Below, piece by piece: positions 1 through 14,358 of a stretch of 64,000 nt of DNA. Under the pieces are notes generated by a model. That model did no database searches. It had not been told where the DNA came from and was given only the letters and a program-made list of their open reading frames with translations. Source of the DNA: Octopus sinensis (Eukaryota). The stretch spans positions 60,264,001-60,328,000 of the forward strand of contig NC_042998.1 in assembly GCF_006345805.1 (NCBI RefSeq), in the 5' to 3' direction. The translations under genes and the position numbers were made by a program. Every line of letters begins with the position of its first letter. Positions within the stretch are counted from its first letter, which is position 1.

Positions 1-880
1 AGATATTGTATAGTGTTATGGGTGTGTTCAACTAGCTCTTTCTCGAATATGCGCCATATGTAGTAGTCCAGTAAATTGATTCCTAGTGTGCTAGGAGGCC
101 GTGTGTCAGGGAGAACATGATCATGGAGATAATCACGCATCCACATTTGGCTTGTCTTTGTCTTATGAGACGGCGCAGTCTTGTTGAAACACATACAGTC
201 TTCGCTTGCGGACTCTGTCTATCCAGGATCTCACAACTTTCTCCAACACTTCTATGTACACAAAGGTATTGACTCTTAAGCCCTGTGAGAAAAGTGAGGA
301 AGCATGACATCTCCCTCGTTGCTGACGACTCCCAGAACCAACATATTTGCTGGAAACTTAGTATGTATGACCTTTGGAATCTTATTCCGTTCTCTGCATA
401 ACATCTATCGTTCCTTCGGTTTATCTATTTGTCCTGATCGAAGTTTTTCTCGTCAGAGAAAAACCAAACCATTCCAGCCTCTTGGAATGTTTAGCAAGCA
501 CTTTGCACCGACCGAACGCTTCTGTGAAACATAAACTGACCCCTCCTCATCACATACTTCTCTTACTGGATGTCTTCATCCACAACTCTTCTAATGGTGC
601 ATTTTGAAACCCTGAAGTCCTATGCAGTGAAGTCCTAGGCTCTGCTTGACTTCCTGGGACTTTTAACGATTACTTTTTGAGCTTGTTTTTCAAAGTTACG
701 TGTTCTGGTGGAATTAGAATTCTGAGCTTGCGTTTTGTTTTAGATACCCGTCAGTAGTTTCCAGCTCCTTTTGAACTTTGACAACGAAGGATCAGGCAAC
801 CTTCAGGAAGTGAGCTATATCTGTATCACTATGTCACGCTTTTAAGACAGCGATTTCAGCATACCTTTTACTTTACTGAG
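1..880 (-). mobile_element. Decayed Tc1/mariner maT (DD37D-like) transposase, running off the window start
   Basis: Minus strand with frameshifts gives DEKNFDQDK.INRRNDR, GVVSNEGDVMLPHF, FQQD(C)APSHK and PPS..NLLDYYIW, which are maT-type motifs; multiple stops. Confidence 0.8.
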
Positions 881-976
881 TCACGTGATGCCCGACCATA
901 TTTATCTCAAAAGTAAGGCAAAAATAGTAAGGTAGAAGAAAGAGCTCTTGAAAGAGACGTCCTCAAAATACTGACG

Positions 977-1362
977 CATGTATGTATGGATGTACGGAAG
1001 TGTGTATGCGTGAGTGTGTATGTATGTATGTATGTATGTATGTATGTATGTATGTATGTATGTATGTATGTATGTATGCATGCATGCATGTATGTATGTA
1101 TGTATGTATGTATGTATGTATGTATGCATGCACGTATGCATGTATGTATGTATGTATGTATGTATGTATGTATGTATGTATGTATGTATGTATGTATGTA
1201 TGTATGTATGTATGTATGCATGCATGCATGTATGTATGTATGTATGTATGTATGTATGTATGTATGCATGCACGTATGCATGTATGTATGTATGTATGTA
1301 TGTATGTATGTATGTATGTATGTATGTATGTATGTATGTATGTATGTATGTATGTATGTATA
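977..1362. repeat. (ATGT)n microsatellite with ATGC variants
   Basis: Direct reading; source of the YVCM/HTYI pseudo-ORFs. Confidence 0.98.
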
Positions 1363-1454
1363 GACATATATGAAATCAACTATTCAGGGACAGTAATGAT
1401 TGGTTATTAGAGATTTGTGACAGAAGATAATATTCTGGTCTCAATATAATATAT

Positions 1455-1845
1455 AGATTTTTAGCACGCCTGGAAAAATACCTTATGGCTTTTTCCCCGT
1501 CTTTACCTTCTGAGTTCAAATTCTGCCGAGGTCGACTTTGCCTTTTATCCTTTAGGGTCGATAATATAAGTAATAGTTGAATTAAAATCGATGTAATCGA
1601 CTTACCCCATCCTTCAAACTTTGAAATCAGCATAATATATAGATTAACGGCGGTATGCCTGGCAGGATCATTAGCATATCGAACTAAATGCTTACTTTGC
1701 TGCATTTCTTCCAGTGTTTTACGTTCTGAATTTAAATATTACCGAGGTTGACCTTGCCTTTCAACCTTTCAGAGTCGATAACATAGGTACGAGCTGAATT
1801 CTGATTTCGCTAAAATTGTCGGTCTTGTGTCAGAATTTGAAACCA
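1455..1845 (+). mobile_element. Two adjacent degenerate tRNA-derived SINE copies (family A)
   Basis: CTGAGTTCAAATTCTGCCGAGGTCGACTTTGCC core (B-box-like) occurs twice and matches copies elsewhere in the window. Confidence 0.8.
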
Positions 1846-3349
1846 TGGTAATATATTGATTAAATTTTTACAATTGTTATTGAAATCAGCATTAAAATCC
1901 GAAAACTCAAAAACGTTCATTTCATTATCATTATCATAATCATTTATATTGGTTTTTTTAATATTTTTATTTCAAATTTTAGTTGTTTATCTTAATTTTC
2001 ATTTCGTTATATATATATTATTACGGATGACACAGGCAAATTTTTACGGCTCCACACTGAAGACAGGGTTCTTTACCGAATAGGCTTGAATTTTTTTTCT
2101 TTGCACCGCAGATCAGTAAAACCTTTTAATAAACTTAAAACACCTTTCAAAAGAGCAAAGCTGACAAGACATTGTAATTTTCATTAGCGAATACGCAAGA
2201 AGAATGGCGCCTCCAAATTCGGGCACGGTAGTAGTAGTAGTAGTAGCTGTGAACCTAAAATATAGTGGCAGTATTGTAACAGGCAAAATAATAATACTAT
2301 TTGAACACTTGCCTACAATAACGTAAAAACTAAATGCCATCAATGTAAATATATCTTGAAGTAACAGCAACAGCATCAGCATCAATAATAATTGATGTAT
2401 TGTTTCTTGCAGAAACGATATATATATATATATATATATATAGAAGACATTCTCTAATGATTGAGTGTTAGCAACAATACCTTCAACAATAGATATATCA
2501 GCAATAAGAAGACCAATAATGGTTTTAGAAGCTGGAGAGATAGAACAGCGGAAATGGGACATCATCAACGGAATGAATTAGTTACTAAAATCAGAATCTT
2601 TTGCAAAGCTGAAGAGAATCAGTGAATCCAAACAGAATACAATTTAACATTCAGAAATGCGAATGAAATGCAGGAGTATACACCCATCAATAAGCAGAAG
2701 TGCTCAAAAGACTGGCATCGAACTCAGCCATAAACTTCTGGCATCTGATGTTTTCTGTAATCTTAAAATACGGAATTACTCTCAAGTAGATTTTTGGAAG
2801 GATAACTTTGAAATATTTATGTAACTCTTGTTTTAAGAAAATACAAAAATAATGTCTATGTGAAGACTAGGGATCTAATTCAATAGACCATATGAATCAC
2901 AAACCTAGTACGTACATCACCACAAACACTTTACAGAGCATTAATATAAAAGTAATTTTCATTTGCATTGCACTAATCATCATATTTTATATTTAATCAG
3001 CTCTACTTACCAATATTCGAGCATGAGCTATGAGAGAATTACTACGCGATCTCACGATTTGAGAGAAACAGCAGTCAAATCACACTCAAATCATCTTAAA
3101 TAAGGATCCATTAAATATATTGTTTTCGATATACACGAAGTACCACAAGATCAGGACTTGAACGCCTACGGTCAGGGGACTACTCAGGTTCAAAACAGAA
3201 CGGCAAAAACAGCTGATTCCTATTTCATGAAACTTTCTACACAATGAATGACAATAAAATTTACCATTTCTCCAATAAAAAAAAGGCTTGTCTTCGCCTT
3301 CCTTTCACCTTAATCAATCTACTGCATTAAGCTGCTGCCTGATTCGCGA

Positions 3350-3800
3350 TATTCTTTTCTACACAGGTACAAGGCCCGAAATTTAAGGGGAGGGGGCATT
3401 CGATTAGATTGACCTCATTGCGCAACTTAATTTATCGACCCCGAAGGATGAAAGGTAAAGTCGACCTCGGCAGAATTGAACTCAGAACGTAAGGACAGAC
3501 GAAGCATGCTAAGCATTTCGCCCGGCGTCCTGACGTTTCTGCCAACTTGCTGCGTTGCCTGATTCAAGACATTTATTTCTTTATTGCACACATGGGGCTA
3601 AACATAGAGCGAACAAACAAGGACAAAGGGATTAAGTCGATTGGATTGACCCCACTGCGTAACTGGTACTTATTTAATCGATCCCGAAAGGATGAAAGGC
3701 AAAGTTGACCTCGGTGGAATTTGAACTCAGAATGTAACGGCAGACGAAATACCGCTAAGCATTTGGCCCGGCCTGCTAACGTTTCTGCCAGCTCACCGCC
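3350..3800 (-). mobile_element. Two tandem SINE family A copies
   Basis: Reverse complement of GGCGGTGAGCTGGCAGAAACGTTAGC...CTGAGTTCAAATTCCACCGAGG...GTCGAT, present twice. Confidence 0.9.
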
Positions 3801-4354
3801 TTGCCTAATTCAAGATTTTACCATCTGACTAACCTTATGATTAAGGCTGAATAAACCAACGGACGTTAACTGTGTTCCAGATCACTCATTCAATTTACGC
3901 ATTCATATTCTTGTTACCTAAAAGTACACGCACAGCCCAATACTCAACGGATAAATAATAATTGTTATCGAATATGAGAGTATGTGCATGGGTGTGTATG
4001 TATGTGTGTGAAATTTATTACACAGTCCTCACTCATAAGCAAATATGAATTTGTAGCATATATTACGCTTAGGTTAATTGTTTGCCGGGCAGATATATAT
4101 ACCTGCTCGGCACCCGTGCTCTTGCTACAAAGGAACATCGAAAATTTGCAAGCGGAAGATTATGAGCATAGCACCAGTTGTTGACTGGCGTTCATTTTCA
4201 GTTGAGTAGACTGTGAACAAAAGGAAAGAACGTCCCTGCTCAAAGTCCAAAAGCTTCACTCGAACACAATCTTAACCATTGCTCCTCACACATAATTACA
4301 TTGTTTCTTCGCAAAACAGTTGGACATAAATGTTTATACATACACACACACATA

Positions 4355-4735
4355 CACACATAGTTCCGGGTTCAGTCCCACAGGGTAGCACCTTGGGCAA
4401 GTATCTTCTACTATTGCCTCGAGCTGACCAAAGCCTTGTGAGTGGATTTGGTAGATGGAAACTGAAATAAGCCCGCCCTATATATGTATATATATATATA
4501 TGTATGTATGTGTGTCTATATGTTTGTGTGTTTGTATTTGTCCCCCTCCAACATCGCTTGACAACTGATGGTGGTGTGCTTACGTCCCCTTAACCTAGCA
4601 GTTCGGCAACAGAGACCGATAGAATAAGTACTAGGCTTACAAAGAATAAATCCTGGGGTCGATTAAAGATAGTGCTCCAGCATGGCCGCAGTCAAATGAC
4701 TGAAACAAGTAAAAGAGTAAAAGAGAGTAAAAGAG
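4355..4735 (+). mobile_element. tRNA-derived SINE family B with internal microsatellite
   Basis: GGTTCAGTCCCAC B-box-like head, ...GTGGATTTGGTAGATGGAAACTGAA..., tail GACTGAAACAAGTAAAAGAGTAAAAGAG; homologous to 14845-15245. Confidence 0.85.
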
Positions 4736-4774
4736 TATATATCTATATACACATATATATATATATATATATAT

Positions 4775-4885
<111 letters not shown>

Positions 4886-6369
4886 ACAGAAACGATAGAC
4901 GGAAAATAGAATATACCGGAAACACTATGGATCACAAAAATCGTTTCGACACATCCTGCATCGGTCTCCCGCTTAAATTATCAATATATTCCAGTTTCTG
5001 TCTCTATCGTTTCTGTTATACTAAACGTACACTGAGGAATTCTTGAGGTAGATCGAACGACCAATGTTCAATTACCGTGGATGACCGCCAGATAGCTATA
5101 GGCAGTGAATGTGGTTTATCGGTATACTACTAGGGACACACCCAACATGTAAATTTTAAGTTTTAACCTATATATATATATGTTTAATGGTTAATAAATC
5201 GCATGGTAGTCACCTGGTAGTTTGCCGGTAACGGACGTTTGTGGGGAAGGCAATGCTAGATGGGTCGAAACGATTGTAGTGATCAATAAAGATTCTCGTA
5301 TGTTCCATCTTCTGTCTCTCTCATTAATCATGTATATATATTTGTATATCCTTTAAGTTCGTTTACGTGAAACGGTTTTGATAATGCCTCTATTTCATTA
5401 CATCTGCTACAGCCTAAGGATACCAACTCGAATGGTAATTTTATGAGGTTGTACTGAGCTGTCCCGATATAATGTAGTATAAATATAGTAATAATAATGA
5501 TAATAATCCATGAATGAAATTTATATTTATAAATTCCATCCAAGAATTATTATTATTTTACTATGTGTGTGTATAAGTATTATATGTATAAATACATATA
5601 TACATCTGTGTTTGGATGTGTGTGTGTGCATGTGTGTGTGCGTGTATATTCGTATGAATAAATGCGTTTTGCTATTTTTAGCTTTACAAAAACTATCCGT
5701 GTTTTGACAAAATAACTATCAGGATTACATAATGGCTTAAAGAGTCTTATTAATTCAAACTTTCAATGCTTTGTGCTAATGTATGTAAGTATTTAATTTG
5801 TCAACAAGCAATTAAGCGATTCTGCCAACTTATCTTAAGTATTTTATTAATACTATTGCATGACTCATATTCCACATACTCGCTGATTTTCTTGTCTAAT
5901 GCTCTGTCTAGATTTCTGATTGGCCTGTGAAGCGTATTGCTAAGCTCAAACTTGGTTACGAGTCCGGCTTTAGAGCACATATATATTCTGTATATTCTTG
6001 CACATAACATTCGGTAATATAATGCATATATATTTCTCGAGATTTGCCTTAAAATGTCTAAAGAGTGGAATTTTTCATCAAAAGTGCTCAACATTCATTT
6101 ACAAAATTATGACGTATCAGGAGCGGTGAAAGTCTATACAGTGAAAGAGATAGCCTCTGATATATGCTATAAGGAAATACGCGTAATCTGTAGAGAAAGA
6201 ATTGCTTTACAGTAAGTTTTAAGTTACCGTCATGAGAAATTTCCTTTTGGAATATATACATTTTATCCAGGTATAGAATAACAGAATAACTCTAAATATT
6301 AGAGCGCTTGGAACAGACAAATGTGTTCATAAAAACATACATACATACATACATACATACATACATACA

Positions 6370-6400
<31 letters not shown>

Positions 6401-6787
6401 GTGTATGGATGTATGTGTGTGTGAATCCATGTACATAGAGAGAGATGGGGAGAGAGATAATGAAGCAAATAAGCAAATAAAACCTCTTGCGCTAGATATA
6501 TAAGATACATATCCATATATGCGTGTAAATAGAGACAAAGGCTGAAAATATTCGGACGATGAACTTTCATGTATAAATATATAGATATGTTAACAGAGCA
6601 AATTTACACAACGTAAAACGGCAAAATTTAAGGGGAGAAGGTAATGGTATTTCTATCATTATCCCCATATCTGCTCACCTGGATTCCTCTTGTAACCACT
6701 CTTTACCCTGCTGATTTAGCTCTCGAAAACATGAAACCATCGGTTGCTATATTACACTATAAACAAAAGTAAATACATACACACACA

Positions 6788-6819
<32 letters not shown>

Positions 6820-6823
<4 letters not shown>

Positions 6824-7440
6824 CAACCCCTCTGCTTTCAGATAAGCCAGTACTCATCTGCCTCAGCAGCAATAACTTGGATCAAAAGGTGAGGCAATCC
6901 CAGAGTCATGATCTAGGGATTGATGTGAACTACGATGCCTCGTTTCACGTACGTATCACGTACATATCACATGGTGGCAATTTGCAGGCGAGTGGCCGGA
7001 TAGATTCTGAGATTCTTCAGAACAATGGACCAGGTAACTATGCTGATTCTATGGAGGACATTTGTGCTCAGACATCTGGACTACTGTTCTTAACTGTAGC
7101 CACCCCACATAGTCAAATTAATAGCGGAACTTGAGGCAGTTCAGCAGTGTTACACCAGGAAGATTTCCATTAATGGAACAGACTAGCTACTGAGAGAACC
7201 CCACTGCATTGATCCAAAGGTCCAATCTAACCCGGCTAGAGTGAGGGCCATGTACTGCAAGAGCTTGGGATTCAAGGGCCCACAGCAATTTAATGCTTTG
7301 CCAAAATATCTGAGGGATCTTCGTGGAGTAGGAGTAGATATTTTCAAGAAACAACTTGATCTCCTGCTGTCCAAGATACCAGATGAACCTATATCACAAG
7401 AAACTTGAAAGCGGGCTGCGGTGTTGAGCAGATAATGTTT
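6820..7440 (+). mobile_element. CR1-group LINE 3' fragment (RT C-terminus), decayed
   Basis: DLGIDVNYDASFH..., LWRTFVLRHLDYCS, ELEAVQQCYTRKI, FNALPKYLRDL..FKKQLDLLLSKIPDEP; same family as 23870-24620. Confidence 0.85.
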
Positions 7441-9539
7441 ATATAAATAATATATTTTGTATATATAAAAAATATGGATCATTGGTAGTTATGCATGTAT
7501 ATATTTCTTCACATGTGTATGTTGGTGTATGCTGATGAGTGTCTCTGAATGCGAATATAAGTATCTCTAGCAAATCTAAAACAAAATAAACGAACTACAT
7601 GTAGATCACTCTGGAAAAGATATTGTACTATATTTGGTGAACTTGTAACTGTTATCAGAATAATAATAGTAACAGAGGCTGTTCATCTATAATATATTAA
7701 AAGTGACGTTCAATCTTGCTTCCTTCCTTGCTTGTTTGCAATGTTACACAACCGAACTGGCGCATAATGGGAAATATTTTGAAAGTAAAGTGCCCCTTAA
7801 ATGTGAATACACACGTCGCTCCACGTAAATCGGATCATTTGTTATTGAGATATTCGGGGTTTTGGGGTATAAATACCCAAAACGGTGCATAATGGGAAAA
7901 TACTCTGAAAATAACTTAACCCAGAAAGGGAAGAAACTCTAACCTTTCCATTAGACACATTATGATGGGCAAAACATTTTTAAGTGAAAATAAGTTTTAA
8001 AATACGGTAAATATTTCCTAAAAGACCAGTTCGTAACCTCGGTGTGAAATAGTTTTTCTTTCCATAGGTTGCTTTCGAATGCATTCAATATATCTCGCCT
8101 CCAAATATTTGGCTGTTATTTCTACACGCCCTGCTACCACGTAACAGCTATTTGCGATAAAGAACCCGATATACTTGTTACGTGGCAGCGGTGCGTGCAA
8201 GAAATAGCATCCAAGTCTTTCCTTTTCTACGGAAAGGAGCCGTTTATGCGTGATTTCGATGTCACATTCGTTGAAATCATGCGAAAGGACATGGAAAAGA
8301 AAAATCCACGAAATAAAACTCCGTTGCTACGAAACTCAGACTTCGCCGCCGACCCAACGGGTCATGGGTTATCTAGTCAACTATTATAAGTCGACAACAG
8401 TAAAACATCTGCCGCTATCAATATTCAAATTTAACCCTATAAAAGAATACATAAATAATTTAACTATAGCTTTATTTCACTGCTTGTTTAATTATTGTCT
8501 ATGTTATTCAGAACTAGAAGAACCTTAATTGAACAAAATTAAAGTCAAAAAGGAAAGGCAGTGGTACTATATGAATCTCGCATTGCTTAGCTTCGTGCAT
8601 AACAATTGACGGACCGTTTCCTCTTGTTAGCTATGACTAGAAATGTCGACGGGATTGATCAAGATAAATACGTGAAGTTCACTATGTCGCGGATAATTGG
8701 GAACGTGGGACAACACCGAGTCTAAAGAGAGTGAGAAATTATGTGTAGGGGAAGTACGTTCGATGTCTGTGCTCTGGACATCGAACTCCTACGTGGTGGT
8801 TATTCCAGTTGTGACCATCCCGATTTATTTCTATGTACATGAAGCACATGGTCACAGTATTCAATATGTTCATTTCGAAAACAGAGAATTTGCAGAAGAT
8901 TTAGATGATATTTTTACCAGGTCGAACCACCATGTACTGATCCCTTTGTCGGCTTAGGATTGTTGATTGCGATCACGAGACAATTCAGTCTATCGCTGTT
9001 TGAAAATACTGCTTTCACCGTCGATTGTTCGATTAGGCAAATGGTTGCAAATACGTCATCGGTGTTCGATCTATATGGCACCACCATTGAGCGCACTTCC
9101 CCTTCGAGCCACGTCGAGATCTGCTCCTGTCATGTTAGGCAGCGCTCAGCGTCAATAGCTTTCAGAGCAGCACTCCGACTATTGTCAAAGTGCATTTCTA
9201 CATATGCTAGTAATTGCAAAAGTCGCGTTTTTCTCTTTCGAGCCCGTCGGTCTTTCTAGACACGACCAGCAGACGGAATTTAGAACAATTCAATAAAAAA
9301 AGATGTTATTTATTTTTCTATTATAAGCACAAGGCTTGAATGTTTTTGATGGTAGGTAGCACGGTATTGCATCGACCCGAATGCTTAATGGGTGCTTATG
9401 TTATTCATCTGAAAAAGACAAAAACCAAAGTCGACCTTGACGAATGCTAATGAAATGTAAGATGATTTACGGGAAGCAGTAAAAGCAAGAGGCTTAAGAT
9501 TCGTTGGAAACTTATTCTACCTCCATGATTTCGTTAATA

Positions 9540-9880
9540 TTCATCTGCAAGAAAATATCGAGGAAATAGCGATTTGAAGAGAGCTTAGTTTCGATTTACG
9601 CTACAGATGTTTACGATTTACTGGAATCACATTCGAAAGAATTAACTGACCACAAACCTCTTAATTTGGATCAGTAGCGTTCGTCAGAATAAGCAGACGA
9701 TCAAGCAATCGGTAAAATAACAACAAGCGAAGAAAGTTAGGATTTTTCGCAAATTTGAAACATTGTATGAATGAATATCGATCCCAATATCTAAAACGCA
9801 TGTAAGATCGATGAAGCTTGAGCAAAGAACTGTAGTGCAACAAGCAGAAGCATCATTAAAGAAATTTATGGACATGATAA
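9540..9880 (+). mobile_element. Possible Tigger/pogo C-terminal remnant
   Basis: DVYDLLESHSKELTD-like translation; heavily decayed. Confidence 0.45.
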
Positions 9881-9954
9881 GACAGGTTAAATTTACTCTT
9901 CGAAAATATTTTTCGAATAAAATTAATTCCTTAAAATATATTATTCTTCTTAAA

Positions 9955-11400
9955 TTACTTTTCGTATTATAAGATGCACTGTCTTAAAACTATTATCTTA
10001 TTTTAGCAGCAAAGTTTTGGAGAAAGGAGCTACAGTGGTATTAGAAAGATATTTCTTTAACAGAAATTCAATCAGATACTTTAAAAATGAGTATATTGTT
10101 TTAAACACAAAAGAGCTGAAAATGTCAAAATTAAAAAGAACCAAAAATTTGAATAAAAAGATTTACTGTCATTTAGTTTGTTTCAGAATCTACAAGATCC
10201 GCATAGCTTTCATTTGTGCTTGAAAGGATTAAAGCACTTCATCTTTGGATCCAATGTAATGGTCATATAAAATGTCAATCTCGGTTCTATCCATTGCGTT
10301 ATTGATACCACATTTCGTAAATGATTTAATCACTATATCACTCATTTTTCCCACGAATTCTTCGTCTACAATCTCTCATGAGAAAGCGTTTGTCTTTTTT
10401 TTTTTGTCCAGTAAGGATTGTAGTATAATCTCCCTTATGCAACTAGTTGTTCCATCCTTCTCTTATTAAAGATTTAAAGGATTTGTTAGTAGAATCATTG
10501 AAACAGTTGACTTGTTAAATCACCGAGTATAATAGCCAGTTGTGTTTTTAACTTATTATCCTTGTATTTTATTTTTTTCAGTTTAATGACCTCTAAACTA
10601 ATCTCAGACGAGGAGAGAAAGCATTTTTAATAAATTCTCTGGATGCTTCGGCCAAATCTTTTTTCAAACCAAGCTGCATTTCTATCCATCAATTTTCACG
10701 TACGTGAAAGTAAACCCCACTGATTAAATTGGGTGGTGGGGGAAGTGGTTTCCTTTTAAAAATGAACACAGGTGGTAATTTTGTCCCATCGCCATATCAT
10801 GCTAATACCAGTGTATACTGCTACTTTCCATATCCAATAATCTTCATAACAATACGTTTAGTAAACATTTATATCAGTTGTTCAATTGTTTGGAACATCA
10901 AATGTTAATAGAATTTCATCCATGGTTGCTATTTGAAAGAGTTCAAATAAACCTTCTTTTCTTAACTGTATGATATACTTATAAAAAGCACATATTTTCA
11001 TAACTATGGGGCATTCTTTGAGCAAATTCCGTTTTGGTTCCCATAGCTAAGTCTTTGCTTTTTATAAACTGCTAACGTAAAATCTTCTAAACTATTATCA
11101 CATGCATTGCTTCAAAAATTATCATATTTGTAGAAACATAGTTCTTGCTTTTATGATCCACAATAATTTTTTTTCGATATCTTGCCCTTTTACTTTCCGC
11201 TTATCTCTGTAAATTACATTTATCACTTTTAATCCTTTTCAACTTTTCTGCTTGATCGAGCCAACAAAAACCCTTTTTTCTGTTGAAAAAACAAAATGCC
11301 TTTCGGTCACTCCATTGCCATGTTTTTTGCTGTTTTTTTGCGTAATTGATTACACAAAATTTGAATTTAGTGCTGTATGACAGTCTTTTCCCTTACACAT
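9955..11400 (-). mobile_element. Decayed pogo/Tigger (DDE_1) transposon
   Basis: Minus strand gives MDEILLTFDVP, DGTKLPPVFIFKRK, QLAIILGDLTSQL and VIKSFTKCGINNAMD; pogo-like terminal sequence TTTTCGTATTATAAGATGCAC near 9958. Confidence 0.8.
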
Positions 11401-12289
11401 CGTAAGGGGGTGAAAAAAGGAAATGAAAAATTAAGAATCTATTTCCTAAAATACCTAAAATTCAATTCTTCAGCTTTTGGTTACGCTTCCACCTTGACGG
11501 TAAACACGTGCCTGATCGTCGAGTATCGTTTAAAAGTTGAATAACCAGCCAGGTTATTGCCAACGCTAAACGCATTAAGCACTTTCAATGATCAACCGCA
11601 CACTAAAAATCTGTATTTTATTTGTTAAAAAAGTTGGGCTGCAATTCTCAGTAACGAAAACGGCCTTTTTTATTGCACATTAAACAGCAATCACCGTGAA
11701 AAGTTCGTTCACTCTCTTCCATTAGTATAATGATATTTTTTATATTTTTCGTGAGTATTATAAGGAGTTACGTTTTTAAAAATATGCTACTGGTGCTATG
11801 ATACATTCAAATTAACTGTACTAAGCAGTCTTATCTAAATATATTTATATAGGGCCTGTGTATATCATATACACATATGCTGGCTTATAAGCCGAAAACA
11901 GGGTTCCAGATGTTAACCTTGAAAAAGTTACCTCGGTGATGCATGAATTGTTCTCAAGAATCTTTAAGATGTATTTTTAATCTAAGGAAATAACTTGGTG
12001 CGATATCTTATATTTAAAAAATCAATAACCAACAAATTGGAGCGACGAAAATGCTACTGCCCAAAATATTGCAGCTATCAGCAACACTCCTTTAATACAG
12101 TTAAGTCAAATAAACACAAAGTTATTTTTTTCAATTTGCTGCTTTTATTTTGCCTTTTTCAAGATATGTATACAAGTCAATATATATATAAATGTGCTTT
12201 TTATACACCAAAAGTACGGTAATATACCCTCCCTTGAAACAGCTTTACATTAAAATACGGGTGTGTATAACATTTATAATGAGTATATA

Positions 12290-12521
12290 TATTTCTTTAC
12301 TACCCACAAGGGGCTAAACACAGAGGGGACAAACAAGGACCGACAAACGGATTAAGTCGATTATATCGACTCCAGTGCGTAACTGGTACTTTTTTTATCG
12401 ACCCCAATAGAATGAAAGGCAAAATCGACCTCGGCGGAATTTGAACTCAGAACGTAGCGGCAGGCGAAATACCGCAAAGCATTTCGCCCGGTGTGCTAAC
12501 ATTTCTGCCAGCTCGCCGCCT
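12290..12521 (-). mobile_element. Near full-length SINE family A
   Basis: Complete head (GGCGGCGAGCTGGCAGAAATGTTAGC, GAGTTCAAATTCC) through tail (CCCCTTGTGGGTAGTAAAGAAA). Confidence 0.92.
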
Positions 12522-12784
12522 TCAAATATTTTTAATGAGTATATAACCATTGAATGATAGCAGCTGCAACATTTCGTGCCAGAGAAATATCTCAAAGTGA
12601 TTTATGAGTTAAAAGTCCTACTTCTGTAATGCCCGTTATCGTTGTAGTTTTAATAATATATTGAATAGTGAAAGCATTTTCACTACCAATGAGGTAAACA
12701 ATAAAAACATTTAATAGTTTATTTGGTTCATAATAACTAGAGGTAAAAATAATTCATTTAAAAATATTCACGCTAAATACTCAC

Positions 12785-12881
12785 AAAGTTCCTGAACTTT
12801 TAGAATATTTATTTAATTCGCAACAAATTAACTGCACTAATCGGGGTTTGCTGTCGATTTTGCCCTTCATCACTCGAGATT
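12785..12881 (-). CDS. Probable exon 10 of the gelsolin/villin-like gene (G3-G4 linker and start of G4)
   Basis: ttttgtAG acceptor and GTGAGT donor; 97 nt, open in the phase (1) required by the previous exon: (E)SRVMKGKIDSKPRLVQLICCELNKYSKSSGT(F/L). Protein similarity is weak. Confidence 0.6.
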
Positions 12882-13713
12882 CTACAAAATATATACCACT
12901 CATTTACTAAAGTTGGAATAAGAGATTTGGCCTTTCCTACAATGCGTCTATATTAGAAATGATTTTTATTTTGTATTATCATCACTGCTTATAATTGTTG
13001 GCAGCATCTACCCTGCAAACTGATTTAGGCTTCTAATTAGAGCCTCTCTGTAGAAATTTGTTATGCGCTTGGGAAAGTCATAAACGTACTGTAGTTAATA
13101 TATATATTGCTTCAAGAAATCTAGTAAATATTTTTTTTTAAATGCAACTTTCGGGGACAATAGCGGTTTATTGAGACAGAAGGTTGTGGATTATTTTCGC
13201 ACTGAAGACCGACAAGCTGAAAAAGAATCTTTTTATATTCCACGGTAGGCATCAGCGTTACCAGGTGAGCAAAAAAGAGTACAAGAGTTACGGAATGGAG
13301 TAGGAAAGATCCGAGTTACATATGTATCATAGCGAGCGGAACCTCAGAAGTGGTAAAATCCAAGTGAGGTGTATACCGCCGGCTACTCTTCGGGCCAAGA
13401 ATATCTTGATAAGATTAAAGGTTGCAATGTCGTAAGGAGGTACATGTTGACTCAAGGAAGATTCAATCAGAATGTGTAGAGAGCACAGTATGAGAGGAGT
13501 ATATAAATCAAGGAAGAAGGGAAGAAAGAAGAAAATATAAGGGAATGAGAGGAAGTGGGAATTTGAGCACGGTTATTTCACTGTTGGTATTCAAATTGCT
13601 TTTTGAGCCGAATCACAGAAATTAGCAAGGGAGCGGTATTATAAAAAAAAAACACAGTATGAAGTGAAAGTGTATGAAGGCGTATGTACTCGTAGGTTTA
13701 CGGATGGACGGGG

Positions 13714-13778
<65 letters not shown>

Positions 13779-13950
13779 ATCGTGACGTATATTTGCCATT
13801 TGAATATGGCTAACCCCTAAGGGTGGATGCTACTGTAGTTTGTAGCCCCAGGAGGACACCTCCTCCAGCTGGCTATAGACACACTTTCTGTGCCCTATCA
13901 ATATTTGCAAAGGGGTTAGCCATATTCAAATGGCAAATATACGTCACGAT
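13779..13950. repeat. Fold-back element with perfect 40-bp inverted arms, abutting (TA)n
   Basis: 13779-13818 is the exact reverse complement of 13911-13950. Confidence 0.95.
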
Positions 13951-14021
13951 GTGTTGCTGCTACTGTTTATAACTCGCTCTGAGATTTATCATTGTTATAT
14001 ATATATATAATATATTATATA

Positions 14022-14078
<57 letters not shown>

Positions 14079-14216
14079 CTGCAATACGTTTTTGACTATG
14101 AACCAAATTATTAACTTTTTTATTGTTTATTTCATTGGTAGTGAAAATGCTTCGCTATTCAACATTTTATTAACATTATCACAATAATATATATATATAT
14201 ATATATACATATACAC

Positions 14217-14284
<68 letters not shown>

Positions 14285-14318
14285 ACATATATATATATAT
14301 GTATATATACATACATGC

Positions 14319-14358
<40 letters not shown>

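Noticed and set aside
322-366. CUGACGA...GAAACUUAGUA hammerhead-like match
   Set aside because: Stem II does not abut the core, stem I fails, and it lies antisense within the maT transposase; chance match.
6679-6756. Minus-strand exon-like segment with strong AG/GT sites
   Set aside because: Stops in all three frames from the strong acceptor and no gelsolin similarity.
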